From: Neoconidiobolus thromboides FSU 785
Lineage: Eukaryota > Fungi > Entomophthoromycota
DNA length: 43,597 nucleotides
NCBI GenBank assembly: GCA_025603075.1
Contig: MU626423.1
Location: 1 to 43,597, forward strand
Reading direction: 5' to 3'
The position numbers and the translations under genes are program-made. Under the pieces are notes generated by a model. That model saw only the letters and a program-made list of their open reading frames with translations, was not told the origin of the DNA and did not search any database. This document shows, in pieces, positions 12,320 to 24,517 of the stretch. How positions within the stretch are numbered: position 1 is the first letter of the stretch; the number at the start of each line of letters is the position of its first letter.

Positions 12320-13477
12320 TTAAATAGGTTTATAATCCGGAAGGTCATTCAAAAGCTGTATAAACTGTTTGTAATTAGCTTCAAGCTCTCTTAAATAAGT
12401 AACATTCATGTTCTTCATAACAATTCTATTTTCAGGTATAGGCTCAACAAAAGGTATAATTTTCTTTTGACCAGAACGTGGTTTAAATATGGTAATTAAC
12501 TCCCCAGTGATGTATTTAATAACTAAATTAATTTGTGCAAGGATCACTCTAAAATTAAAAAATTCGGTAGTGGGTACAACAATAAATCCTAATATTGCCT
12601 TGATACTCTTTGAATTCGCATAATATCTCTTGTACTCATAGCAATAGCCATCACCTTTTGTGTTAAGTGTAGTCGCCACTGTTACATTGAGTCCATCAAG
12701 TATATCGTTTGAACTAACAGGCTTAAGTCTCTTTAATCCGCTATAGCTATTTGCTAAACTAGGATTACGCAATTGCCACTCATGCCATAAAAGATCAATG
12801 AAAGCATGATGCATATAAAATAACGGATCATTAGGTGAAAAGAAATCCGATAAATCACCTACAGCCCCACCGATATTGGTATGGATGACAGAATGAGGTA
12901 GATATTCGATTACATTTCTAAAGGTGATGTAATTCTTTGACGAAGCTATAATAGCTTCAATAGATTCTGGTGGGTAAAATGGAGTTACTTTATCCCCTTT
13001 GTTATAGTCCCTTTTTAAACAGTGCCTTTTTGGTACATTTACCATGAAATTAGCAAAGGGACCACTGGTTACACAGTGTGTATCTTTGTCACCATTCTTA
13101 CCAAAATACTCATCACTAAGTATAATAGAATTTGTTGGGTCATCGGAATCTAAAGACCAATCCCAATAAGGCAAGATAATGCTACTATCAATGGATTGCA
13201 AGTCTTTCTCAAACATGCGAAGGTATGCTCGATGCCATGGGAAAAATGAAGGGTTGAAATGGATCTCATTGAAATATATATTATGAATAGTTGAATACCC
13301 TGTAAATTTGTTATTTCCTTTATCACTGTTTAAGACTTTAATGGCGTTAAAGAATCTTTCTCTTTGATCTTTAGTTAGCTCTCGAATCTCTGGTCTTCTC
13401 ACTATCTGTTGACATTTACCTAATACCAATTGTAACAAGAGAATTAAAACGAAGGAACTTTGTAAAAATAATTTCAT
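12320..13477 (-). CDS. Secreted tyrosinase / type-3 di-copper protein, intact
   Basis: 385 aa; signal peptide; CuA His (TIHN, EIHF, FPWHR) and CuB His (PHSVIHTNIGG, DPLFYMHHAFID). Confidence 0.93.
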   Translation of the reverse strand: MKLFLQSSFVLILLLQLVLGKCQQIVRRPEIRELTKDQRERFFNAIKVLNSDKGNNKFTGYSTIHNIYFNEIHFNPSFFPWHRAYLRMFEKDLQSIDSSIILPYWDWSLDSDDPTNSIILSDEYFGKNGDKDTHCVTSGPFANFMVNVPKRHCLKRDYNKGDKVTPFYPPESIEAIIASSKNYITFRNVIEYLPHSVIHTNIGGAVGDLSDFFSPNDPLFYMHHAFIDLLWHEWQLRNPSLANSYSGLKRLKPVSSNDILDGLNVTVATTLNTKGDGYCYEYKRYYANSKSIKAILGFIVVPTTEFFNFRVILAQINLVIKYITGELITIFKPRSGQKKIIPFVEPIPENRIVMKNMNVTYLRELEANYKQFIQLLNDLPDYKPI

Positions 13478-14671
13478 TTTTCTGCTAAATAATTTATGTT
13501 TTTTCTCATTGCTATTTATATCATAAGAAAAAACTTAGCACAAATGCCTCTTTACTGCTTTGATGATGATGATATTCTTTTCTTAAATAGACTGAGGCAT
13601 ATTTATGAAGCGGCTTATAAAAAATGAAAAGGAACTCAATGTTTAGAATTTTAGCTTTAGTAATAACTTGAAATTTAAATTCTCATGATTATCTAAATTT
13701 AAAAGATTTTCGCTCTAACTGTAAGTTGAAGCTGGTTTAATAACAAACCTACAAAAAGAGTATATGATAATATAACTATTACTTCAATAACTTCAGCATT
13801 TTTAATTATCTGACTATTTCAGTTGTTTTTAAAAAAATTATGTTCAAAAATTAAATTTCAATTTTAGTTTTTGAGATTTTATTGTTTTGTTTTAAACTCA
13901 TTAAAAAAATGAAAGTGACATAAATCAGAAAACACGAACCTGTTTTAATATAGATAGGCAATTTTATACTGAGATTTTTATGCAGGTTTCATCAGGGATA
14001 GTCATTTTAGCCTGAAATCATGTAAAAGAAATTTCATAGAAATAAACCCTCACCTGTAATTTGAATACTATTACCTTGCTTTATTTTGTCCTGGCCATTT
14101 TATTTTAGTAAAATTACTTGTATGATTCCGGGTTAAAATGGCTGCTTCTACTGAAACCTATATAAAAATCTCAACATAAAGATGTCTCCTACCTACACCA
14201 AAGCCCAATATTAAATGAATAAATTGCTCAAAATTGTTCAAAATTATTATTTTTAAGACTAAGTTTCAATATTATTAAAAATATCAGAAATATCAAAAAT
14301 AAACTACTACAAACCAACCAAATGCTACAGTTTTGATTATTACTTACTCTTATTACAACTATGTTTAAAGCTTTATCTATTAGATAATTGAGATTTGATC
14401 TCATATTGTATTTTATGCACTATTTTTTAATATACCATGTTTTCACCTCATTGTTTATGTTTCTTTTAATTATCATGTATATTTAAATATATGCTTTTAA
14501 TAATTTTATACTCTTTAAAATAAATTAAAGTTAACAAAGCAAACAGAATGTAAGACAATCTGCACAAATAAAAATGATATTCAGAATACTTTGAATAATA
14601 AACCTGTACCAATTTTGTTTATTTATATGTCAAGTTCTTATTCTATATTTTTTTAAAAACACTTGAAATAT

Positions 14672-14762
14672 GGGAGTGCTTTTTAATTATTTTTTCCATT
14701 TTTTAAGCGCTGTTTAAGCGGAAAATTTGCTAGTAAATTCTTAAATATAAAAATACGTCCCC
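14672..14762 (-). mobile_element. MITE copy 9
   Basis: GGGAGTG...CGTCCCC flanked by ATAT/ATAT. Confidence 0.9.
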
Positions 14763-14787
14763 ATATATTAAAGTTTGTAGTACATAA

Positions 14788-14882
14788 GGACATTTTTTTG
14801 GTTTCACCACTTTTTCCATTTTTAAGCAGTATTTAAACAAAAAGATTGCTAATAAAATTCTTAAATAAAAAAATACATCTCC
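14788..14882 (-). mobile_element. MITE copy 10 (degenerate left end)
   Basis: Internal TTTTTCCATTTTTAAGC and end AAAATACATCTCC+ATAT; left boundary approximate. Confidence 0.8.
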
Positions 14883-15254
14883 ATATAGCTTTATTTAGCA
14901 TCCTATTCACATAATCAAATTCTGCTTTTAGTTTTCTATATACCCTGTAAAGCTTTATAAAAAATTTAATAGTCGATTATAACAAAATAAGGTGAGTAAA
15001 AAGTCAAGAAAAATTTTTAGTAAAAAATTATTTTATGCTACAAAATAATAATATTTTAAAATATAATTTAAGACAGTGTAATGTATTTCATTTAAGTATA
15101 TTGATGAAAGAAATTTAGGGTTTAATTTAGTTTAATTTAATTTTTGCTTTAAATTCAAGGTCTTATGACTTGTGGCTACTTTAAATAGAACTGAGAGTAA
15201 ATCTATTAATTTAGTAATATTTTTTTGCTTGAGCTATTTTTGCCTTGAAAATAT

Positions 15255-15351
15255 GGGGATGTATTTTTGTATTTAAGAACTCTACTAACAAATTTTCCAC
15301 TTAAATAGCGCTTAAAAAAGGAAAAAGTAATGAAGTTAAAAAAACACTCCC
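15255..15351 (+). mobile_element. MITE copy 11
   Basis: GGGGATG...CACTCCC flanked by ATAT/ATAT. Confidence 0.92.
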
Positions 15352-15612
15352 ATATAGTTTTTTGGATTTTCTGACTCCTCAGTTTATTTAATTTCATGCT
15401 AATTATCTTGTAATCAAAAATTGAAGTTATTTATAAAGCACCTTTACTATAAACTAAATTATAACAGTAAAAATCCTTTCTAAGCTAATGCTCTTTTTTA
15501 GAGAAAAAATAAGTAGGTTATTGCTTGTAATAACAGATGTCTTTCATTTTTAAAATAATTATTTAGTGCAAAAAAGTGCTTGTAGCAATTCTGTATTCTT
15601 AAAATAAGATTT

Positions 15613-15713
15613 GGTAGTGTTTTTTTTTTGACTTCGTCATTTTTTCCATTTTTTAAGTGCTATTTGAGCGGAAAATTTGTTAGTAAAATTCTTAAATATA
15701 AAAATACATCCCC
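15613..15713 (-). mobile_element. MITE copy 12
   Basis: GGTAGTG...CATCCCC flanked by ATTT/ATTT. Confidence 0.9.
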
Positions 15714-15818
15714 ATTTGCTTAAAAAAGAGATTGCTTCAGAAATAACTTTCTAGCAAATGACAATAATTTATTTATTAATATTTTATTCGTAAATTTAAT
15801 AAAATAAAATAAAAGTAT

Positions 15819-16967
15819 CTAAATAGTTTTACAATCTAGAAGGTCATTTAAAAGCTGAATGAATTGTTAATTAGCTTCAAGTTCTTTTAAATAAGTAACG
15901 TTCATATTTTTTATAATAGATATATTTTCTGACATTAGTTCAACAAAAGGTATAACTTTCTTTTGATTGGAACGAGATTTAAAAACAGTAGCCGATCCAC
16001 TAACAATGAATTTGATATATGAACTAATTCGCACAAGGATCACTCCGAAACTAAAATATCCAGCAATAGGCACAATGATAAATCCTAGGGTTGTTTTAGT
16101 ACTCTTGGTATTTATATAATATTTTTATATTTCTAACAATAGCTATCGCTTTTTATGTTAAAAGCAGAGGTTACCGTTACATTAAGTCCATGAAGTATAT
16201 CATTTCTACTAACTGATTTATTTCTTTTGATCCGAAATAGCTCTTTTCTAAATTAGAATTATATAACTGCCACTCATGCCAAAAAATATCAATAAAGGCG
16301 TGATGCGTATAAAATGATAGGTCATTAGAAGAAAATGCCTCAATTAAATCACCAAAATAGCCACCAATATTAGTACGGATGCTATCGTATAGAAGGTACT
16401 CAATCATCTTACTAAAGCTATTGTAGTTCTTTGATGACGCCATAATGTCTTCAGCAAGCTCTGGTGGATAAAATGGGGTCGTTCGTCTACCTGCATTATA
16501 ATCTCTCTTCAAATGATCCCTTGTTAGTGTGTTTACTATAAAATTCGCAAAAGGACCACTATCACACAATTTTTATGTTTATCTATTTTTCTACAAAAGT
16601 ATCCATCATTAAGTACTATCATATTTGTTGGATTATCCTAGTCAGCTGAGTAATCACAATAAAGTAGAATTATACTACTATCAATAGTCTGTGGATCTTT
16701 TTCAAAACTATTGAGATAAGCTCGACTCCATGGAAAAAACTAGGCTGTTGTAGATATCAAAAAACTGTTTACTATGTAGAGCAAAATACCTAGTAAATTT
16801 ATTATTCCCTTTGTCACTGTTTAAATTTTTTACGGCTTTGAAGAATCGCTACTTTTGATCCTTATCTAATTCCCATATCTCTAGTCTTCTTATTACACTC
16901 TGAAATTTTCTCAATGTCAGCTGAATCAAGATAAAAATATTAAATACACTTCTATAATAAAGTTCAT
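15819..16967 (-). pseudogene. Tyrosinase pseudogene (copy 2)
   Basis: Colinear with 12320-13477 from ATG (16965-16967) to stop; internal stops and frameshifts; CuB reads LYDSIRTNIGG instead of LPHSVIHTNIGG; ORFs 16177-16569 and 15867-16073 are fragments. Confidence 0.88.
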
Positions 16968-18157
16968 TTTCTATCAAATAAGTTTTAGTCCCTTTTACTA
17001 CTGTTTATGATTAACTTCTAATGAAATATTAAAATAGTAACCTCAGCACAGATTTGCCTTTACTGCTTTCATTTAACAAGCCATATATATATTGAGTTCA
17101 ACATAAACTAGCTTAAACCCAAGGTTCAATTTTTTTCCAGTTTTGATAATCCAAATGTTTAAAATGAAGACCAACCAGCAACTTTAGAACAGTCACTTTT
17201 TTGTTTAATTTTAAATAGTTACCATTGGACTGTTTTTGGCTTAATACTTACACATTATAATATTTTCAAATTTTAAATGAAAATGGTCAAATAAATAGAG
17301 CAAAAATAGTATCTACATTTATCATTTAAGTTAACAAATGTTAACGTCTAGTCATAATAACGTCGCTGTATTTTAAATGATATTTATATACATGCCAATC
17401 CTATTTTAAATTAAAGGTATAAAGTTTATTTGGTAAATTTAACAATGAACAAAACCATTGATTTTGTAAATTACAAGGCTGAAAAATTTAACTAGTATTT
17501 TTTAAAATTTTATGCTGCATAGAAAATGAACAAAAAAAGTGAAACTAAAATCCAATTTTAAATTTTAATCCAGATTTTAAACTTAATCAATATTGATTAA
17601 ATCGCTATAAATCATTGTTTAAAAAATCACAAAAAATTGTTTATTAAAATTTGATAACTTTGGTACAATAATTTTTAGAGACTATGGGTAACTTAAAGGT
17701 CTTAAAAAAATTAAGTGTCACTATGAGCTAATTAGAATTTACTTGTTTTTTTAGAAAAACAACTATCATTTCTGATAAGGAAGTTGATTTTATTTCTTCA
17801 AAGTAGAATTCTATAGTAGTTGCTAGTGTAAGATTTGTAATCTCTCATATGATTTAATATCTGGTATGTTACAATACTTATCTGCTAAAACCCTAAAAAC
17901 GTTCCACTTCCACATCTTTAAACCTATTAATTATCACTCAAACTTTAAACTTAGCATGCCCCATCTTCAGAAAATGGACAAATTTATAGCCAATTGATTG
18001 GTTCTCAGTTTTATTACACTCAAAGCTAAATTTTAACATCAATTATAAAATATTGAAACTCAACAAATTCTATTTTTTTTTAGCTTTAAAATTTTAAATG
18101 CTAATAATCAACCAACTTTGATATTAATTTAATAATAACATAAAGCAATAAGGGAAT

Positions 18158-21100
18158 ATGTTTAAAAAAAATAATTTAACGATATCTACTCCGGATACTA
18201 ATGAGGTCACCGGTAAATGGTTTAGACGATCCTATAAATTAATAATTAAACAAATAAACCATTTTCTAGGTCTTTCCGGTCGTCATCGTTTACAAAAAAC
18301 AAAACAAAGTCCGAGAAACGCTCGATATTTAAGAACAGGAAGTTGGGTTGATGTTGAAAGAAAAAATTTACAAGCTTACGAATATTTATGTCATATTGGT
18401 GAAGTTAAAGAGTATGTTTTATTATTATTATTATTTAATATTCATTCTTAGCCACTTTGGGATATTTATGTTAATGTTTTTAAATTAGATGGATTGAAAA
18501 AATTATTGGCGAAGAAATAGCACCTATTACTTCTTTAGACGAAGATATTAGAAATGGCATTGTCCTAGCTAAATTAGTTAAAAAATTTGAACCAGATTGT
18601 GTAAAAAGGATATTTGAAGTAAGTTTTGCTCATAAAAAGAAACAATTTATTTCCGATTTATGTTAACCTAATTATCTAGGATAAACGTTTGCAATATCGT
18701 CATTCTGATAATATCAATTATGTATTTTCAGCATTAAATAAGATTGGATTACCAGAAAATTTTAAGTTTGAGTTAACGGATTTATATGATAAAAAAAACA
18801 TCCCCAAAGTTATTTATTGCTTACATGCATTAAGTCATTTATTATATAAACGTAAATTGGCTCCAAGTATTAATAATTTAATTGGTTATTTACAATTTAC
18901 GGATGAACAAATTCACATAACCCAAAGACAATTAGATAACTCAGGGGTAGCTTTACCACAGTTTAAAAATGTGAGATCGCAATTAGCTAAAGAAATGAAT
19001 GAACCATTGACTAAATCCTTTGTGGAATATGATATTCAACAACAAACAGATAGTTTGAAAAAAGTTCAAGGTGTCATGAGAGGTTATTTAGTGCGTAGAG
19101 ATTGGATAAAAAGAGAAGAATTAATTGAAGATAAAGTGATTTCACTTCAAGCAATTAGTAGAAAAGTATTGGAGAGGAAGAAGTATTTGCATAAAGTTAA
19201 TGAAATAAAAACTCAAGTTGAACCAAAAGTAGTTACTATTCAAGCACTTTCTAGAGGTTTATTGAGCCGTAATAATTATTTACATAAAAAACAACAAGTT
19301 AGTGAAGTTGCTGAGAAAATTACTAAGGTATGTGTTTTAAAATAATTGTTTGTAATAATGTATTAAAATTTTTCTATTAGCTACAAGCCCAAGCTAAGGG
19401 AGTAGCAGTACGCTTAATATATTCTGAAAAATTAAAAGTAATACAAAGTCAATCAGCCAGTTTACCCGAGCTTCAAGGGTTATGCAAAGGAGTATTAACT
19501 AGAAAAAAAGTAAATTTGATTAAATCCAATTTAACTAGTGAAACCGTTAATAGCAGTGTTTGCTCATTACAAGCATTAATAAAATCCAAGCTAGTACAGA
19601 AAGAACACCAATTAAAATTAAAATCTATTAATGAAAAAGAAAATACAGTTGTTTCTTTACAAGCGCTTTCTAAAGCCGTATTAGCTAGAAGAAAAGATAA
19701 AGAAATTAAAGCTGAATTGAAAGTGGAGACTAATAATATACAAAATGTCCAATCTATTGCTAAAGGGTATTTGACAAGAAGGAAATTTGTAAAAGCTAAA
19801 GAAGAAATAATCGCTTCTAAAGAAGATATAATTAACTTACAAGCTATTGTTCGAGGCCATTTAGCTAGAAAAGAACAAAGTCATAAAATGGATGAGTTAA
19901 AAATGAATGAAACTAAAATCATTGATTTACAAGCCATGTGCAAACGTCATTTAACTACAAAAGCCTGGACAGAAAGACAAGAAATATTAAACAATAATTA
20001 TGAAAAAATCGAATTATTACAAGGTTTAGGTCGTGGTTTATTAGTTAGAAATAAATGGACTAAAAATTTAACTTTTTTAAATGAACAAGAAAGTAAAATT
20101 TGTCAAATTCAAGCTATGGCTAGAGGATTTATTCATCGTAACCAAGCTAATGCTAGATTAAATCATTTTGAACAACATGAAGATACAGTTATTAAATTAC
20201 AATCTATTTTTAGAGCCAAAATGGCCAAAAGAGCTTATTATGATATTGGTAAGAATAAAATTAATTTAATTAGATAGTATTAATATATTGAATTTGATTA
20301 GCAATGAAAGAAAACCCACCTGTAGCAGCAATGAGAAACTTTTTGTATTTATTGGATGACACAGATGCTGATTTTACAGCCGAATTGGAATTAGAAAAAT
20401 TACGACAAAAAGTAGTACAAACAATAAGATCTAACAAAACAACAGAATCAGAATTAAGTGAATTAGATATCAAAATAGCTTTATTAGTCAAAAATCGAAT
20501 TACACTAGATGAAGTAGTAAATTCCAGTAAAGGATTATTTCAATCCAAAAGAAATTCATTTGCATTAGATGGAAGTGGTAGCTTTAATTCATTTGGCTCA
20601 ATGAGTAGTACGAATGTATCAATTTCAGGCTTTTCATTAAAAAGTTTAGATAAAGAATCAAGAATGAAATTAAAAAATTACCAATCATTATTTTATTTAT
20701 TACAAATACACCCAGTTTATTTAGCTAGATTATTAGTTTATAATAAAAATCAAATGGGGGATCGAGGTAAAAAATTTATTGAGACAATTGTTCTAACCCT
20801 CTTCAATTTTGCCCAAAATAAAAGAGAAGAATATCTATTGTTGAAATTATTTAAAGTAAGTTAACAATAATAGCAATAATATTTTAGTATTAATACTTCA
20901 ATTGTTATAGCAAGCCATTGACGAAGAAATTAACAGCGTTAATAAAATTGAAGAATTTTTGAGAGGCAATCCAGTATTTATTCAATTGGCAGTTCATTAT
21001 AATCGAGGTGCAAAAGAAAGGAAATATTTAAGAGATTTACTTCAACCTTTAATTAAACCTATATTAGAAGATAAAGATTTGGATTTAGAAACAGATCCTG

Positions 21101-23304
21101 TTTGTGTAAGAATTTTTAATCATTATTATAAAATAAATGGAACAATAATTCATTAATTATAACTTGAATTATTTTAGATTTATCGTGGAGTAATTAGAGA
21201 AGAAGAATCTAAAACTGGGACAAAATCTAAAAAGAAATATAATGTTTCTAAACAATCTGCTTTAAATGATCCTGAAACAAAAGCTGCTTTTATTAAACGT
21301 AAGTTTGTTTATTTTTATATAGTGATTTATGTATTTATGTTTTGTTTTTAGATTTACAGCAACTTCGCTCAATTACCTCTTCTATGATTGATGCCATTTT
21401 AGATTCATTAGATTCCATGCCTTATGGTGTTAGATATATCGCTAAAGAACTAAAGAAAGCATTAATTGTAGATAATTTTATTTAAAAGATATTATATAAA
21501 TGATTAATAATGTTTTATTACAGGCTAAATTCCCTGAAGAAAGACCAAATACAATTATTAAAGTAGTAGGACATTTGGTTTATTATAGATATATTAATCC
21601 TGCTATTACGTAAATTTAAAATTGGGTTTTATATGTATTTTGTTTTTAATGATGTATTATTTAGAGCACCAGAATTGTTTGATGTCATTGAAACTGTAAT
21701 TAATCCAATACAAAGAAAAAATTTAGCTGAAGTAAATATTAGAATATTGTATTAAAGATGATCTAGTTAATCAATGTATTTTTTTAGATTGCCAAAATGT
21801 TAAATCAAGTTTCAATGGGCAAATTATTTTCAGATGAAAATATCTTTTTACAACCCTTAAATAATTTTATTGGTTTTACAGCTGAGAAATTTGCTCGTTA
21901 TTTTGAATCAGGTAAATTTAATAGAGTGTAATATAGTTAAATAAATTAATATTAATAATTTATTTCTATATAAATAGTAACTGAAGTAGATGAGCCAGAA
22001 ATCGTATTTGACATTGATGAATATTTAGACCAAGTAAATACAAGAAAACCAACAATTTATATTTCATACAATGAAATTATTTCTTTACATCGTTTAATCC
22101 ATGAAAATGCAGATATAATTGCAGTAGATGAAAACGATCCTATTCATAAAATACTTAATGAGTTAGGTCCTGCTCCTCAATTGATGAATTTTGATGATCG
22201 TACACTTGGTAAAGAAATTGCTTTAGTATTAACCGACCCTTTAACTAGTAATAACCGTAAGTATAAATTATTTATTTATTTAATAGTAGTTTATTTTATC
22301 TTATTTTTTAACCTAGAAAAAGCTGAAGTTGCCCAACAAATCTTTTTAGAAACTAAAAGACAAGTATTATATGTTATTAAAGTACAATCTGGTCAAACAC
22401 TGCATAGTATATTATTAAAAGAAGTATCAAAAGAAGAAGAAGTTAAATATTCTATAATACTTGATGAAGAAATATCGAATAACGAAAAAATCAATGATTC
22501 ACCATCACCTTCCGAATCATCTTCTAGTTCCATTGATCTTTTAACTTCTGATTTTTTGGCCAATTTAAGAAGGTAAAAATTCAATTTAATATTAATTATT
22601 GCATAATATTAACAATTTAATCTATTTTAATTAGACTTACTTTAACACAACTTAAACAACATATCTTAAAAAATATGGAAGATTTAGAATCTTATGGATT
22701 AGTATCAAAAGAAGATGGCTATCAATCGATTGTCAATGCTATTGCAAAAGATATTAAAAATAAACACCAACGACGCCAACAAAGATCAGAAGAATTCCGC
22801 AAAGTCCGACAAACTTTAGTGAATTTATCTGAAATCAGCAGTTTTTTATTAGAACAAAAAAAGTCTTACCACTCTTACATTTCCACTTGTATGTCTAATC
22901 TGCGTGCTGGAAAAGCACAAAAAAAACATCGAACAAGACCATTTTCACAACAGTATTTTCATGTTAAAGGTTTACAACGATCTGGCAAAATGCCTAAATT
23001 TGGATCTTATAAATATAAAGCCGATGAATTATATAAAAGAGGAATATTAGAATCTATCGCTAAATTCAATCCAAATGATTTTGGTAAAATGTCATTGACT
23101 ATTTCTTCAGATGAAATGGGTGTATTCCATGTAGAAGCAGCTTTACATGGGTTGAAGATTCCTAATGCTAAGGTAGAGTTAAGGTTTGATGAATTATTAC
23201 AAGCTCAGTTTGATAATGTTACAACATTGTCACTGTTTGATGAACAAGTCAAAGTCAATGTTAATTTATTGTTATATTTGATTAATAAGAAATTTTATAC
23301 GTAA
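18158..23304 (+). CDS. IQG1: IQGAP-related scaffold (CH domain, IQ repeats, RasGAP-related domain, RasGAP_C), many short introns
   Basis: AYEYLCHIGE and QYRHSDNIN/IPKVIYCLHALSH (CH domain), multiple LQAxxRGxLxR IQ motifs, LVYYRYINPAI (YYR at 21581-21589, the IQGAP variant of the GAP FLR motif), C-terminal VNVNLLLYLINKKFY*. Confidence 0.94.
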
Positions 23305-23430
23305 ATGGGAGAGTTGAAGGAAAATAGGGAAGTTATTTAATAATAAACATAGTAATAATTGGATATTTGATTGAATTTTATGATTTTAATTTTGGTTTTT
23401 TGATTTGTTAATTTTTATAATTTAAAAAAC

Positions 23431-23482
23431 GGTCCTGTGGCCCAATCGATAAGGCGTCTGCCTGTCTACGCAACAGAAGATT
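23431..23482 (+). pseudogene. tRNA-Arg(ACG) pseudogene, 5' part (acceptor 5' strand, D arm, anticodon arm, variable loop)
   Basis: GGTCCTG TG GCCC AATCGATA AGGC G TCTG(CCTG)T CT ACG CA ACAGA AGATT, matching the usual eukaryotic tRNA-Arg(ACG) layout; one conserved D-loop G lost and 4 extra nt. Confidence 0.78.
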
Positions 23483-24224
23483 AATATTCCAAATTTATTC
23501 AAAGGAAAATAATTAAGAAAAAGCTTCATGTATTTAGCGTTCTTAAAGCAGTTGGCATAGTGGATGTATATAATCTTTCAGCTTATCTCCTAGATTTGAA
23601 AAACTCGTACTTTTCAAATTAGAAAGTAGCCAGAGAACTTCATTACAATTTGAATTTATGATACTTTCCTCAAAAGCTATTATCTTCTAAATTTTTAATA
23701 CTTTCTTTAAATTATTTAATAATTTTAATTAATGTATTTTATCATTTCATTTATTTATTTACAATATCCAGTCATTTTACTATTTATGATACTATACCAA
23801 CAATTAGTATCTTATTATTTTAGCACTTTGTTACTAATTTCTATTTCATTTTCAACTATTTTATTCACATTTTTCAACATTAATCTTGAACTATATACTA
23901 TTTCAATTTCAATTACTATTTTACATTCATAAAGATATCAATCAAAAGTTTACCATCAAACCAATAGTTTATTTTATATCAAATTCAAACTAAAATATTA
24001 AATCCACTAATTATTGAATTATGATCTAAAAATATACTACTAGAACTTCCTAACGTAAGTTCTATAGTTATTGAGAATTACTACTTGCTAGTAACTGAAC
24101 GCGGGGTTTAGTTTAAGAGATTAAATGGATACAGTTATTATTTGGGGTATACCTTCGTGGTTAGGCTAAAAGGTGCTTGGATATCTCCAGGAGACTGAAA
24201 CAATATACAGTTTGTCTGTGGAAT
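23483..24224. mobile_element. 742-bp insertion of unknown class inside tRNA-Arg(ACG)
   Basis: Bounded by direct repeat AGAAGATT (23475-23482 and 24225-24232); near-terminal inverted TATTCCA/TGGAATA; several internal hairpins; no intact ORF. Confidence 0.6.
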
Positions 24225-24257
24225 AGAAGATTCCAGGTTCGACCCCGCCGGGGATTA
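24225..24257 (+). pseudogene. tRNA-Arg(ACG) pseudogene, 3' part (variable loop, T arm, acceptor 3' strand)
   Basis: AGA AGATT CCAGG TTCGACC CCGCC GGGGATT A; B-box GGTTCGACCC intact; GGGATT can pair with GGTCCT of the 5' part; T-stem 3' strand degenerate. Confidence 0.72.
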
Positions 24258-24517
24258 TAAACTGGGTAAGTACTTTTAGGGCAACTTTAAACTTTTGTCC
24301 ACTTTTTACGGTACTGGTTTTAAAAAACATATTTAAAGCTACTATAAAAGTGAGAGGTTATGTTGGAAATAGCCAATCAATATATAACTGGTTTTGAGCC
24401 ATCACTATTTTAAACCTTTAATAGTTCAGTACGTTTATTTTTTTAACATGAAATTTCCAACTTCACAATAAACTCAACTAATAATAAATATTAATTAAAA
24501 GGAACAATATTACAATA

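Noticed and set aside
23732-23932. 66-aa hydrophobic ORF inside the tRNA insert
   Set aside because: A product of T-rich low-complexity sequence; no family features.
23880-24030. Mitochondrial insertion (TGA read as Trp opens a short frame ILVWIWYKINYWFDGK)
   Set aside because: The frame is short and still hits TAA/TAG; no recognisable mitochondrial gene or rRNA.
23483-24224. Group I, spliceosomal or canonical tRNA intron as the insert in tRNA-Arg
   Set aside because: No junction placement gives U|...G or GT...AG, the site is not 37/38, the P7-like GACTG/CAGTT pair is too close for a group I core, and internal T-runs would stop Pol III.
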